Assembly: GCA_965208675.1 (NCBI GenBank)
Contig: OZ242351.1
Span: 2,848,001 to 2,912,000, forward strand
DNA length: 64,000 bases
Origin: Candidatus Poribacteria bacterium
GTDB taxonomy: Bacteria; Poribacteria; WGA-4E; PCPOR2b
Direction: 5' to 3'
Part shown: piece by piece, positions 40,009 through 50,670 of the stretch
Layout of the letters: each line of letters begins with the position of its first letter
Numbering within the stretch: position 1 is the first letter of the stretch
Notes under the pieces: model-generated
The model's database searches: none
What the model saw: the letters and a program-made list of their open reading frames with translations, nothing else
What the model was told of the DNA's origin: nothing
Translations under genes and position numbers: made by a program

Positions 40009-43000
40009 TTACTCCACAACACGTATCCTCCCGCTCGATGCCACCGAAGATTTCGTTGGATCGTACATGGCTTCGGCAGCTACCGGCGGCAGTGCAAAAT
40101 CGCCGCGGGTCACGGCTCGAAGGGCATAGTAAAACTTCTGCTTCTTCTGGCGCGGGAATTTGCCGAAAAAGATGAGGCGGTCATCGCGGATATCCATATA
40201 GTCCGGTTGAAAGCCACTCTTGGAGATCCACGGCACCCCGGCACGTGACTCCAAGCGCGGATTCTCAATCTCAAAACCCGCCGGCAAGACATCTACCACA
40301 GCAACGTTTTCCAATGTATCGGTCAACGCCTTAATCGTAATCTCCGCAACGAGCAGGCCGCCGTGCTGAAAATTCCCGTCTTCTATCGGTACGCCGTTTT
40401 CAGAGAAATAGCTGCGCCTCACCTGCAGTTCATTGTCAAACTCCTGAATAGTTGAATCGGTCTGAACACCGAATGCCGTCCAATAATAGTAACAATTCCC
40501 GGTGCCCTCGACGTTCACCTGAACCTGCGCCCCGCCCCAGTTTTCGTTCGCAAATTGCTGTTCCGCGGCGTCGAAGTCTGCGAATTGCTCGCCGTTCAGC
40601 GCCACTGTACCGATGTAGTCGCTCTGCATCTGTGTTTTGAAGGTTTTGCCAAGTGCGAGAAAAGCGAACGCATTCTCCTGCGTCGTGTACCAGCGATTGT
40701 TGTTAGAAGCGGAATCGGCGAGTCGTTTAACAAGGTTCGGAATTGAAGGGTGATTTGGATTCACTTCTGCCAATACATCTAGCATTATGGCTTGCGCACG
40801 GACGGACGAGTTTAAGTTGCCCCCCGATTCGCGCACATCATCATCAGTTCGCGGGGCGACGGTAGTGGGAAGCATGGATAGGGCGGTGTTAAGGTCACCT
40901 GAGAGTGCAAAAGCGCCGGCAAGCTGAAACTGACTGTAATCGCTGAGTGAATCCAGACGGTTGTTCTTCAGGTAGACCATCGTGCTCTTTTCGGGGTGCC
41001 CCGCCGCGGCTAACACATAGCAGGCGTACGCAACGCGCTCCATTTCATGTCTGCCATCGCCGCCGCTCTGTTTTGCCTCATGCTTCAGCCCCTTCAACAT
41101 CGCATCGTAGACGCGGTCAGAAACCTGATACCCAGCCTTCCGCGCTTCAACCAAAAAGTGCGCGGCGTAGATGCTACCCCAATGGTGTGTGTGTGTCTCG
41201 CCGGGCCAATACGCAAAATAATTGGAGGGCAGAAGCATACTTTCAAGCTTTGCAATGCCCTCCATGATAAAATAATCTGAACCGCCGCTCTGGAACAGTT
41301 CTGGTTCAACCAAACGTGCAAACTCGTCGAAATAGAGCAGCGGAAAGACCATTGAGGTCGTCTGTTCGACACAACCGTGCGGATAGCTCAATAGATACTG
41401 TAAGCCACCCGCGAATTGCACCGCCGGGAAGGGCGAAATTGTGAAAGTATACACCGCTGTTCCTTCGATGAAGTTAGACGGGAAGGTAAAATCCGCCGGT
41501 TGACCCGCAGAGACCACTCCGTATCCTGTCAGCGTCACCGGCGGAGCCGCCGGGCGAAGCGGGAGGTGGGTCTCAATCTGGGCGCGCTCATCGTTGCCCG
41601 CTGCTGAGAGATTGAACCTAACTTCTCCCATCGCATCTGACGCCTCAAGATTGAATAAGACCTGCTTTTCTGTTTCAAGGTCGAGATGAACTGACTGCGT
41701 GCGGCTGCCGGTGATGTCAACAAACGCTGTCGCACTCAATTGGAGTTCAAAGTCCCCCGGCTTGCCGGTGCCGTTATAAATAGTAACGGGAACTTGGAAC
41801 CGGTCGCCGCCTGAGATAAACCGGGGAAAAGTCGGCGTCATTACAATCGGCTCGCGCACGCTGACAAACGCTTGCGCCGAACCGAATCGATCGCCGTCGA
41901 ACGCAACTGCCATCAAGCGTAACTGCCCGTTGAACGACGGCACATCAAACCGAACCACGCCCTTTCCGGCGGAATCCGTTTTGAGCAGGCCAGACCACAG
42001 CGAAACCGGCTTAATCCGTGTCACGCTAATAGTGCTAAGACGCTTTTTGCGCCCCGCTTCGATGCCATCACCGCCGCCCGTGCTCAAATCCCCTTTTGCA
42101 GCTTCTATCTCCGGCAAAATTGCGGAATACAGGTCATAGGACGCGGTGTCGAGTCCGCGCTGTTGGAAGAAGAAGCCATGCGGGTCGGGCGTCCGAAAAT
42201 CGGTCAACTGGAGAATGCCCTCGTCCACCGCCGCAATCGTGACATGCCTCGCACCGGAACCGCCTTTAACACGGAACCCAATCTCGACCGTCCGGTTCGG
42301 ACGAATTTTCTCTGGTGCATTGAGTTGAACCGCTAACCGCTTCGCCTCGCTATCAATCTTTAGCGGCGCAACGCCAAAAGCACGCGCCGGGGCGTGTCGT
42401 TCCAACGACTTCGTCGAACGGATGAGATTAGCAGAGATGTAGACGTTCGGTGTGTATTCAGCGCGAACCGGGATGTCAATTACGGCAGTATTTTCGTGCA
42501 GCATAACTGTCCGATAACTTAATGGGTTATCCCGCTCGATCGTTAGAATAAGTTTACCCGAGAAAGGCGCTTTAATCTGTGCCTTTGCGATTTCGCCCGG
42601 CTGGTACGTCGCTTTATCAAGGTCAATCTCTATACGGCCCGGTTGGTCCATCGCCCAAGGTGCGTAACCCCAGCCGGTGACGGTGAAGTTTGTTGATGTT
42701 GACGCACCGGATGCCAAGTCTCGTAGCTGCACCCGGTATTCCCCGTATTCGCCCGGTGAAAAGCCGATGGATTTGATACTGCCAGACGATGCCAACGGAT
42801 AGGATTCGACCAGGATCCCCTGCTTTTCTGAAACATATTTATAGCGTCCGCGATTATCGCGTTTAAGAATAGAGTTCCACTGAAGTTTGAAAAGTGTCAA
42901 CTCCAAAACCCGTCCCGGTGCAGGAATTCCCTCCTTGTCGAGGGCGATGTATTCAAACCGGGTCTCAGCGTTGATTTTTACATGCCCTTCCGATACCCTA

Positions 43001-45390
43001 CGGATACCGGCGTAGTGAGAGTAGGGGTGGATAGTGATGCGTTGGTAAGCACTCACAGCTCTGCCGCCCGGCTCGCTGACCGTCGCCGCGACAACGCCGC
43101 GCAACGCGGACGGGGATTTTAGACCCGTGGGAATTTTCAGTTGATAGGTCGTTTGGCCGTTTTCGTCCGTCTGAGTTTCGCCCAAATCAATGCGTTGTTT
43201 CTGGAACCCAATCTCCGCATCGTTGAAAGTGAATGAACGCCATTCTGCCGGAGTAAAGATATCCGCCTCAATTTCGCAAGCAGCTTGCACCCGTCTCCCT
43301 ACTGCCGGCGGTCCAAACAAGTTCACCGCCGCAACACTGATTTCCGCTTTATCGCCAAGGGCATAGACCGGTTTATCTGTGTTGAGCTTGACCTTAATCC
43401 TATCCGGCACAAATTCCTCAACTTGAAAATGCGAACGCCCAATTTCCTGTTCGGCAACTATCAGCTTGGCGGTATATCTGCCCGTCTTCACATAGGGTGG
43501 CAGCGCAATCTGAAATTCGCACGCCCCTTCCACATCGGTTTGAGCCCGGAACTCTCGCATTATCCGCCGGTTTGGCCCCAGCACCCGCATCAGCACCGGA
43601 AATCGCGGCGGAGTCGCACGATTTACTGCACGTACAATCCCCACCACGTTGGCGACCTCTCCGGGACGGTACACACCGCGGTCGGGGTAGATAAACGCCT
43701 CATAGCCCCTACTCAGGTACGGTGCGCCCGTGACATCGAAATCGGTTGTAGAGAGTTTATGCTGATTCAATTGAACGAACGCGAGATCGCTCCCTTTGGC
43801 AGCAGTGACCATGAACGGCGTAAAATCCTTAATCTTCTCCGCAATAGACGTAAACTTGACCCAACCATTTTCATCGGTCGTACCGCTCAACAAGGTCTGG
43901 TTGTTGTCGCTCATTAGTTTAATCTCTGCATAAGGAACAGGACGCAGCGATGAGAGCGAGTTGACCCATACCCACAACACATCCGCTGACTTTTTCGCCA
44001 TGATGCCGAGGTCGGTGAGCATAACCCACTGCGTGGCGCTTCGCCAGCGGCGGTCAATGTCACGCGCTGTCACCTTAAAAACACCGATGTGATCGGATGA
44101 CAGGTAATCCTTCAATGGGATAGGCGTTGTCACCTCGTCATTAAGTACAGACTGAATTTCAACCTCTTCACTGTGCAGGGACTCACCTAGATTTCGCGCA
44201 TAATCCGACCAACCCTGCGCACTAGCGAGAAAAACAAGGTTATTTGCAAATACTTTCTCGATTTCAACCTGCACCTTGTTGACGTTAATTGTCGCCAAAC
44301 CGAGGTTTAATGCACCATCTCTGGGTAGATAGCGTCCCTCACCGATGAAACGGAGATTCGGTCTCAGGTTTGGAATTGCCACAGTTGTGGAAAACTCTTT
44401 CCGGAGTACCGCGTTATCTTCCGAACGCAACCCCTGCTTAACTGTTACCGTATAGCGGTCAGCTGGCTTGAAGTCACCCAGAATTCTCAGATAGCGGTAT
44501 CGGCTAGCGAGTCTAAAATCTATCTCGGGTTCCACCACTATATACGGTTTGGCATCCTTGACATCAACACTTGAACTCACCTCAACCTCAATATAACGTC
44601 CATCTCCGCTGCTACGGGGGGATACGCGGGTGATGAGCAAATCATCGTGCCGCTTCAGGACAATTGGCGTGATATTAGCCTTCTCAAGACCGAGATGGCC
44701 GTCAATCGGCGTGAAACCCTTATCGATTTTCATCTGAATGCGCTGATCACCGTCACCCCGCACGACTTCCTCGGTCTCTAATTCTACGATGTACGCCTCC
44801 GGCGCACGCGTGCGTATATGATAGGGAATTTTCGCGCCGCCTTCGTGCGAAATCGAGAGCCGTTCCCTCAACGTTATGGCGCTGACACGATAATTGAATT
44901 CGACCGTGCCGATAATCTTCGCATGGCTCTTTTTTTTGGTACTGTATTCAAACGCAAGTCGAGAACTCCGTACCTGAAAACGCTCGGTGAAAAAAGCAAA
45001 CTTGCGTTTCCCGGTAATCGCAACATTTGGTGATGAAGGTATTTTCGGCGATATTTCCGCGGTGTATTCGCTGGACGGGGATAGAGAAACTATCGGGTAG
45101 AAACGAAGCGTGTTCAGTGCAATCCAGCGGAATTTGCCCGGAATTTGAGGAGTGAACTTGACGGGTATTTCGTTCAAATCTTGGTTAATGTCGGTGCTCT
45201 CAACAACCGGGCGAGAGAATGCAATGGTAAAATTCCCGTGCGGTTTTACTTGACCCTCCGGCGAAAACGTCTCAACGTAAACTTGATCCATTTCTCCCGT
45301 GTTATGGATTCCAATATAGATTGCCCCGGCAATGATAATGAATGAGAGGACACCGATGATGGCGAGCAGTTGTCTGTTGGTGAGTTTCAT
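40009..45390 (-). CDS. Bacterial alpha-2-macroglobulin (YfhM-like)
   Basis: DRGVYRPGE, VEEFVP, AAVDEGIL, PRF...GD, thioester YPHGCVEQ, TTQENAFA, LPAGFEIEN, EAMYDP. Confidence 0.96.
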   Translation of the reverse strand: MKLTNRQLLAIIGVLSFIIIAGAIYIGIHNTGEMDQVYVETFSPEGQVKPHGNFTIAFSRPVVESTDINQDLNEIPVKFTPQIPGKFRWIALNTLRFYPIVSLSPSSEYTAEISPKIPSSPNVAITGKRKFAFFTERFQVRSSRLAFEYSTKKKSHAKIIGTVEFNYRVSAITLRERLSISHEGGAKIPYHIRTRAPEAYIVELETEEVVRGDGDQRIQMKIDKGFTPIDGHLGLEKANITPIVLKRHDDLLITRVSPRSSGDGRYIEVEVSSSVDVKDAKPYIVVEPEIDFRLASRYRYLRILGDFKPADRYTVTVKQGLRSEDNAVLRKEFSTTVAIPNLRPNLRFIGEGRYLPRDGALNLGLATINVNKVQVEIEKVFANNLVFLASAQGWSDYARNLGESLHSEEVEIQSVLNDEVTTPIPLKDYLSSDHIGVFKVTARDIDRRWRSATQWVMLTDLGIMAKKSADVLWVWVNSLSSLRPVPYAEIKLMSDNNQTLLSGTTDENGWVKFTSIAEKIKDFTPFMVTAAKGSDLAFVQLNQHKLSTTDFDVTGAPYLSRGYEAFIYPDRGVYRPGEVANVVGIVRAVNRATPPRFPVLMRVLGPNRRIMREFRAQTDVEGACEFQIALPPYVKTGRYTAKLIVAEQEIGRSHFQVEEFVPDRIKVKLNTDKPVYALGDKAEISVAAVNLFGPPAVGRRVQAACEIEADIFTPAEWRSFTFNDAEIGFQKQRIDLGETQTDENGQTTYQLKIPTGLKSPSALRGVVAATVSEPGGRAVSAYQRITIHPYSHYAGIRRVSEGHVKINAETRFEYIALDKEGIPAPGRVLELTLFKLQWNSILKRDNRGRYKYVSEKQGILVESYPLASSGSIKSIGFSPGEYGEYRVQLRDLASGASTSTNFTVTGWGYAPWAMDQPGRIEIDLDKATYQPGEIAKAQIKAPFSGKLILTIERDNPLSYRTVMLHENTAVIDIPVRAEYTPNVYISANLIRSTKSLERHAPARAFGVAPLKIDSEAKRLAVQLNAPEKIRPNRTVEIGFRVKGGSGARHVTIAAVDEGILQLTDFRTPDPHGFFFQQRGLDTASYDLYSAILPEIEAAKGDLSTGGGDGIEAGRKKRLSTISVTRIKPVSLWSGLLKTDSAGKGVVRFDVPSFNGQLRLMAVAFDGDRFGSAQAFVSVREPIVMTPTFPRFISGGDRFQVPVTIYNGTGKPGDFELQLSATAFVDITGSRTQSVHLDLETEKQVLFNLEASDAMGEVRFNLSAAGNDERAQIETHLPLRPAAPPVTLTGYGVVSAGQPADFTFPSNFIEGTAVYTFTISPFPAVQFAGGLQYLLSYPHGCVEQTTSMVFPLLYFDEFARLVEPELFQSGGSDYFIMEGIAKLESMLLPSNYFAYWPGETHTHHWGSIYAAHFLVEARKAGYQVSDRVYDAMLKGLKHEAKQSGGDGRHEMERVAYACYVLAAAGHPEKSTMVYLKNNRLDSLSDYSQFQLAGAFALSGDLNTALSMLPTTVAPRTDDDVRESGGNLNSSVRAQAIMLDVLAEVNPNHPSIPNLVKRLADSASNNNRWYTTQENAFAFLALGKTFKTQMQSDYIGTVALNGEQFADFDAAEQQFANENWGGAQVQVNVEGTGNCYYYWTAFGVQTDSTIQEFDNELQVRRSYFSENGVPIEDGNFQHGGLLVAEITIKALTDTLENVAVVDVLPAGFEIENPRLESRAGVPWISKSGFQPDYMDIRDDRLIFFGKFPRQKKQKFYYALRAVTRGDFALPPVAAEAMYDPTKSSVASSGRIRVVE

Positions 45391-45462
45391 GGCTGTTTCC
45401 TCCTATACTAAACTAGACGATGCTATTCATTGTTGGTTTACGCGCAAAGCATCCAAAACACT

Positions 45463-45487
45463 GTAGGAACGATCTCCGAATCGCGGC
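45463..45487. repeat. GTAG-type REP-like element
   Basis: GTAGGAACGATCTCCGAATCGCGGC, similar to 29446. Confidence 0.6.
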
Positions 45488-45594
45488 GTCAAATCTCGGC
45501 TTCTTCGATTGCGGGCGCGACATGCTCGTTTCGGGATTACCGGTCCAACAGGCTTAAACCCATGGCACAAACACGTGCTTCTTGGGGAGATTAT

Positions 45595-45623
45595 TTGCAT
45601 TGTGATTCGGCGTATTGTATGCT
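45595..45623 (+). promoter_or_regulatory. Putative sigma70 promoter of the LarE-C/ASST pair
   Basis: TTGCAT-N17-TATGCT. Confidence 0.4.
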
Positions 45624-45656
45624 ACACTCACGCAGTGTCTAAAGGGGAGGATAGGG

Positions 45657-45890
45657 ATGGCATCAAACACCAGCCAAACACCAAACGTAGATGAATTGAT
45701 CGAACTTGCAGAGAGGAATCTGATTGAACTGGGCATCGAAGGGGCTTCCGTCTCCCATCACGGCGCGATTGTGCGCATCCAAGTGCCAGATTCGGACTTT
45801 GATCGAACTGTTCAGCTGCGCGAATCAATTGTAAATCGGCTTAAAGCAATCGGTTATCGGTATGTCGCCCTCGATTTAAACGAAAATTAA
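45657..45890 (+). CDS. Small protein resembling the isolated C-terminal domain of LarE/TIGR00268
   Basis: GGGGAGG RBS; IELAERNLIELG...VSHHGAIVRIQV...IVNRLKAIGYRYVALDL matches LarE C-terminus (AE..L...G..RVRHHG.IARIEV...LK.LGF.YV.LDL). Confidence 0.7.
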   Translation: MASNTSQTPNVDELIELAERNLIELGIEGASVSHHGAIVRIQVPDSDFDRTVQLRESIVNRLKAIGYRYVALDLNEN

Positions 45891-45916
45891 CGACACACGT
45901 CTCGGAGGTGTAAAGA

Positions 45917-47080
45917 ATGTCCGTTTTGGAATGGCCCACAGGTCTGACCGTGTATAAGCCTGAAAAGTGCTGCAACGGATACACCGTCTATGCGCCGCAT
46001 CTCAGCCCATACGTGTACATGATCGACATGAACGGCGAGGTAGTTCACATGTGGGCGGTGAATATGCAAAAGGACGATGAGAATCAAGGGACAACCATCG
46101 GAACGACATGGTACCACAAATACTTGCCGAAGGGGAATCTCCTCGTTTTCGTTAACCGATTTGGCGTCAAGGAACTCGACTGGGATAGCCGCGTTGTCTG
46201 GGAATACCGTGACAAGAACGCGCATCACGACTTCGTCCGATTGGACAACGGTAACACCATGATACTCACGCGCGAGTTGGGTATCAGTGAACCCCGGATT
46301 TCGGATAAGCCAGTTTATGACGACCGATTCATCGAAGTCACGCCATCAGGTGATATTGTTTGGGAATGGCGGTCTATCGACCATTACGATGACTTTGAGT
46401 TCACTCCGGAGGCGAAGCGCCTGATTCGAGAACGCGGGCTTAGAAATGGAGGCGTAGACTGGCTGCACACCAACACACTAGAGGTTTTGCCCAACGGGAA
46501 CATCTCAACATGTTTCAGAGAAGTTGGTATGATCGCCATCGTCGACAAAAACACTGGAAGGTTCCTGTGGAAATATGATAACCTCGTCGGCCCGCATCAC
46601 CCCAACATGCTCGAGAACGGCAACATCATTGTCTATGATAACGGCGGACAAAGCGGGTATCCATTGCGATGGCGCAACTACACGCGTCTGCTAGAGATAA
46701 ACCCGCAGACCAACGAGACTGTCTGGGAGTACAGCTACCTGCCGCAGAATTGGGAGCGGACGCATTTCTCCAGTCTGCAAGGCCGCCATAGAAGTCAGTT
46801 TTTTAGCACTGCGTGGGGGTCAATTCAGCGGCTTCCCAACGGCAATACGTTTTCGCTGGATGCCACCGGCGGGCGCCTATTCGAAATTACGGCGGAGGGC
46901 GAGATTGTATGGGAATACGTTAATCCCTACCTGAGCTTCAGTTTTGAACCGTATGCAGCAGGATCGAGCGTCAACAGAGGTGTTTACCGGTGTTACCGCA
47001 TCGCTTATGAGGACGCGCCGCAGGCATCTACGCACGGGACATCGGGCAAAGCCCTCTATAGACCAGGATATAGAATATGA
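45917..47080 (+). CDS. Aryl-sulfate sulfotransferase (ASST) family, no signal peptide
   Basis: PTGLTVYKP, IDMNGEVVH.W, HHDFVRLDNGN, DWLHTN, YDNG, QRLPNGNT, GEIVWEYVNP. Confidence 0.88.
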   Translation: MSVLEWPTGLTVYKPEKCCNGYTVYAPHLSPYVYMIDMNGEVVHMWAVNMQKDDENQGTTIGTTWYHKYLPKGNLLVFVNRFGVKELDWDSRVVWEYRDKNAHHDFVRLDNGNTMILTRELGISEPRISDKPVYDDRFIEVTPSGDIVWEWRSIDHYDDFEFTPEAKRLIRERGLRNGGVDWLHTNTLEVLPNGNISTCFREVGMIAIVDKNTGRFLWKYDNLVGPHHPNMLENGNIIVYDNGGQSGYPLRWRNYTRLLEINPQTNETVWEYSYLPQNWERTHFSSLQGRHRSQFFSTAWGSIQRLPNGNTFSLDATGGRLFEITAEGEIVWEYVNPYLSFSFEPYAAGSSVNRGVYRCYRIAYEDAPQASTHGTSGKALYRPGYRI

Positions 47081-47132
47081 ACTCAGGGTCTAGTTCATAC
47101 CAAACCCAAAGATTCCTAGTCCCGGCCTTCGT

Positions 47133-48518
47133 TTAGGAGTTGACAACCTTGCCCGGATTCATGATGTTCTGCGGGTCAATCGTGCGCTTGATAGCGCGCA
47201 TCAGATCAATTGCGTCACCGTGCTCCGCTCGCAAATACTTCATTTTGCCCATCCCAACCCCATGTTCGCCGGTGCATGTGCCATCTAACGCGAGCGCCCG
47301 CATCACAAGCCGTTCATTTAGGCGCTCCGCTTCGGCAACTTCCTCTTGGTCGTCCGGATTGATAAGGAAAACTACGTGGAAATTACCGTCGCCTACGTGG
47401 CCTAGGATCGGCGCGGTAAGGAATGATTCCTGAAGATCCTTCTTGGTTCCGATGACACATTCGGCGAGCCGAGAGATGGGTACGCATACATCAGTTGGCC
47501 AACCTTTACGGCCGGGCGACAGCGCCTGCGCGGCATAATAGGCATCGTGTCGAGCCTGCCATAACTTGCTGCGTGCTTGCGCCTCGGTTTCCCACTGAAA
47601 ACCGCCCCCGCCGAATTCCGATACAATAGTCTCCACCAACTCCGCCTGCTCCTTGACACCGGCTTCAGTGCCGTGAAACTCCATGAACAAGGTCGGCTGC
47701 ACCGCATAATCGAGGTCGGAATATCTGTTAACCGCATCCATCTGAATCTCATCCAGCAGTTCAATCCGCGCTACCGGAACGCCTAACTGAATTGTTCGGA
47801 TAACGGCGTTTACCGCCCCTTCAATATCCGTGAAAGACACCACCGCCGCAGAAATCGCCGCTGGAACCCCGTAGAGTTTAAGCGCAACTTCGGTAATAAC
47901 GCCGAGCGTGCCTTCCGAACCTACGAACAACCGCGTCAAATCGTAACCCGCCGATGATTTCCGCGCGCGGTTCGACGTTCTTATAATCCTCCCATCTGGC
48001 AGCACGACGCTAAGCCCAAGTACGTTCTCCAACATCGTCCCGTAACGGACGGCGTTGGTGCCGCTCGCGCGCGTGGATGCCATTCCGCCAATGGAAGCAT
48101 CGGCGCCCGGATCAATTGGGAAGAACAAGCCCGTGTCTCGCAGGTGTTCATTCAATTGCTTGCGAGTGACGCCGGCTTGGACAGTACAATCCAGATCGGA
48201 GGGATTCACCGCTAGGACATCCTTCATCTGGGAAAGGTCAATGCAGATTCCGCCGTGCAGCGCAATCGCATTGCCTTCAACCCCGGTGCCGGTGCCAAAC
48301 GGGATGATTGGTGTGCTGTGGGCGGCGCAAATCTTGACAATTTCCGCAACCTCTGCCGTCGAATGGGGTATGCACACAGCATCAGGAGGACGCGGTTTAT
48401 GGTAGGATGCGTCTCTGCTGCGATTCGCAAGTACCGAGGCGGATGTGGAAGCCCGCTCTCCGAGAAGCATCCGTAACTCATGAATCACAGCGTTGAATAC
48501 AGCAGAAGTAACGCGCAT
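47133..48518 (-). CDS. FAD-linked oxidase (D-lactate dehydrogenase/GlcD-like)
   Basis: DPGADASIGGM, GSEGTLG, HVGDGNFH, GEHGVG, MNPGK. Confidence 0.95.
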   Translation of the reverse strand: MRVTSAVFNAVIHELRMLLGERASTSASVLANRSRDASYHKPRPPDAVCIPHSTAEVAEIVKICAAHSTPIIPFGTGTGVEGNAIALHGGICIDLSQMKDVLAVNPSDLDCTVQAGVTRKQLNEHLRDTGLFFPIDPGADASIGGMASTRASGTNAVRYGTMLENVLGLSVVLPDGRIIRTSNRARKSSAGYDLTRLFVGSEGTLGVITEVALKLYGVPAAISAAVVSFTDIEGAVNAVIRTIQLGVPVARIELLDEIQMDAVNRYSDLDYAVQPTLFMEFHGTEAGVKEQAELVETIVSEFGGGGFQWETEAQARSKLWQARHDAYYAAQALSPGRKGWPTDVCVPISRLAECVIGTKKDLQESFLTAPILGHVGDGNFHVVFLINPDDQEEVAEAERLNERLVMRALALDGTCTGEHGVGMGKMKYLRAEHGDAIDLMRAIKRTIDPQNIMNPGKVVNS

Positions 48519-48548
48519 GGTGGGAAGTTTCAGATTCTCTTTTTCAAA

Positions 48549-48585
48549 ATTTCAGATGAGGGGTTCTGGGAAAGTCATCTGAAAT
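48549..48585. repeat. Intergenic 11-bp inverted repeat
   Basis: ATTTCAGATGA ... TCATCTGAAAT between SDR and FAD oxidase. Confidence 0.55.
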
Positions 48586-48610
48586 CTCTAAGCATCTTTC
48601 TCAGTTGAGT

Positions 48611-49390
48611 TTAATGTGTACACCTGCCGCCGTCAACGTTGATAGATTGTCCCGTGATATAAGCTGCATCATCGCTCACCAGAAAAGTTGCCATCCTGGC
48701 AATGTCTTCCGGCTCGGCTCTCGGTCCCAGTGGCGCCGCAGGTATCTGTATGAGTTCTTCGGGTATCTTGCCGTCGTCCACATACGCCCGCATTTTAGCG
48801 AGGACTGATTTTCCCATGTGCGTATCCACAACGCCGGGACATATTGCGTTTACTGTAATCTCGTGGGGTGCAAGCGCCATCGCAGCCGATTGCGTTAGGT
48901 TAATTATGGCGGATTTGCTGGCGGCGTAGGCTGCTAAGACAGGCCGCCCAGACTTGCCCGCTACCGAGGAGATGTTTACGATTCGGCCGCACCGCCCTTG
49001 ATTTATCATTGCTTTGGCTGCCGCCTGCATGCCGAATAGCATGCCCTTCAGGTTTACCGCAAATACACCGTCCCATTCATCCTCGGTAATTTCCAAGAAC
49101 GGTTTGACGTGTCCAACGCCGGCGTTGTTGACCATGATATCAAGCCGTCCGAAGTCTGTGGCTGTCCGAGCCGCCATCGCCGCCATCTGGGACTGAACCG
49201 TCACATCAACTAGCAGCGGCATCGCATCTGCACCTAGGGTTTTGATCTCATCGGCTACCGCGCGCGCTGTGTCTAAATTTCGGTCAGCGACTACCACATT
49301 GGCGCCATTTCGCGCCAACTCAAGCGCAATTCCACGGCCGACACCCCTTCCACTACCTGTGACAACAGCAACTCGCCCTGCCAGCTTCAT
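48611..49390 (-). CDS. SDR oxidoreductase (acetoin/sorbitol dehydrogenase-like)
   Basis: TGSGRGVG, NNAG, YAASK, ITGQSINVDGG. Confidence 0.95.
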   Translation of the reverse strand: MKLAGRVAVVTGSGRGVGRGIALELARNGANVVVADRNLDTARAVADEIKTLGADAMPLLVDVTVQSQMAAMAARTATDFGRLDIMVNNAGVGHVKPFLEITEDEWDGVFAVNLKGMLFGMQAAAKAMINQGRCGRIVNISSVAGKSGRPVLAAYAASKSAIINLTQSAAMALAPHEITVNAICPGVVDTHMGKSVLAKMRAYVDDGKIPEELIQIPAAPLGPRAEPEDIARMATFLVSDDAAYITGQSINVDGGRCTH

Positions 49391-49412
49391 AATACGTCGC
49401 CTCACTGTCAAT

Positions 49413-50252
49413 TCAAAACTCTTGGTACCCATCCAAGAAATCTTTAACCACGTGATAAAAGCGCTCAGGTTTCTCAACCATCGGTGCGTGATGCGAACCT
49501 TGAAATTCGTAAAATAGCCCGTTGAGCCTTTCGGCTAAACGCTCGGAGGCAGCGCGGGAAACATACGGGTCATACTGTCCATGAATTACCAACACATCCG
49601 CTGAACAAGGCTCGAGGTCATCCAAGAGGCCACAGGCACACACCTGTTTTAAAAGTGTCGCCGCAGCTCGCACATCAACCTCCGCCAAGCTTTGCTGCTC
49701 ATTTTTTGCAGCGGTCCACGATCTGAGCGCAATGAGTTTGCCGAGTTTGACCAATGGGATCTGGAGTCCAATTGGCAGGGTCTTGAACGCACTTAAACAG
49801 TTTGCCACAAGTTTCGGCCGATTCGCAACCGGCTGCAGCCATTTCACATCAGTTACGGGCGCGCCGCACACAATCACTCGCTTCGCGGGAAGCATACGCT
49901 TAAGCAAAAACAGTGATAGTTGCGCGCCCATCGAATGGCCCAACAAACCGTGTAACTTTTGCTCATTTGTAATTTCCAGAATTAATTCGGCGAGGATTGC
50001 CGCATAAATCTCAAGTGTGGTGTAATCCAGCGAAATCGCCGGAGTTTGTCCAAACGACGGCAAATCGAGTGCCCACACCTCATAATGCCGGCCAAGCCTC
50101 TCACCCAGATTCGTCCACCTTAGGCTTGAATCTAACCAGCCGTGTACCAGCAGCACCCTAGGACCATGTCCCCACCTTCTTACAAGGATTGGGATTTTCC
50201 CATTGGCCGAAACTTTGAGGTCGTTTTCGAGGTCAATGAAGAATCTTTCCAT
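49413..50252 (-). CDS. Alpha/beta hydrolase
   Basis: LLVHGW, DLPSFG, GHSMG, GQYD, GSHHAPMVEKP; start may be TTG 50282. Confidence 0.88.
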   Translation of the reverse strand: MERFFIDLENDLKVSANGKIPILVRRWGHGPRVLLVHGWLDSSLRWTNLGERLGRHYEVWALDLPSFGQTPAISLDYTTLEIYAAILAELILEITNEQKLHGLLGHSMGAQLSLFLLKRMLPAKRVIVCGAPVTDVKWLQPVANRPKLVANCLSAFKTLPIGLQIPLVKLGKLIALRSWTAAKNEQQSLAEVDVRAAATLLKQVCACGLLDDLEPCSADVLVIHGQYDPYVSRAASERLAERLNGLFYEFQGSHHAPMVEKPERFYHVVKDFLDGYQEF

Positions 50253-50670
50253 ATCGCTTTGTGTAGCTATTGAGTCTATCAACCGAGCTGTTTTTCAGGA
50301 TGTGCGTAACCCGAAACGATAACATAACCCCTACTAGACGTCAAGCAAATACAGACGGCGCTAGGGTTTGCCGCGGCGTGGAGCGCCAGATTGCACTGCA
50401 GCACAAAATCCGAAACCAACGGCAAATCAACTTGATCTTTTTGGGTTTCCATCATACAATGAAGCATGTAAAGCGCATTTGAAAGAACGAGTCCAACAGT
50501 CCAGTCCATTTTTGCATATCTTTCGGTAAGCGCGGTTTCCACACGCACCCACCAACTAGTCAAATACCGCTACGGTGCGGAAACTGGTAGAACTCTTGCA
50601 GAAATTCACCACAGGATCTGCGGGTGAAGTTTGTCGTTTTAATCGCTGAATGCTTAATGCGCAGGTTCTC

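Noticed and set aside
50279-50563. 94-aa minus-strand ORF between PTPS and the hydrolase
   Set aside because: No recognisable motif or clear RBS; it could be real (stop overlaps a TTG start) but is not supportable.
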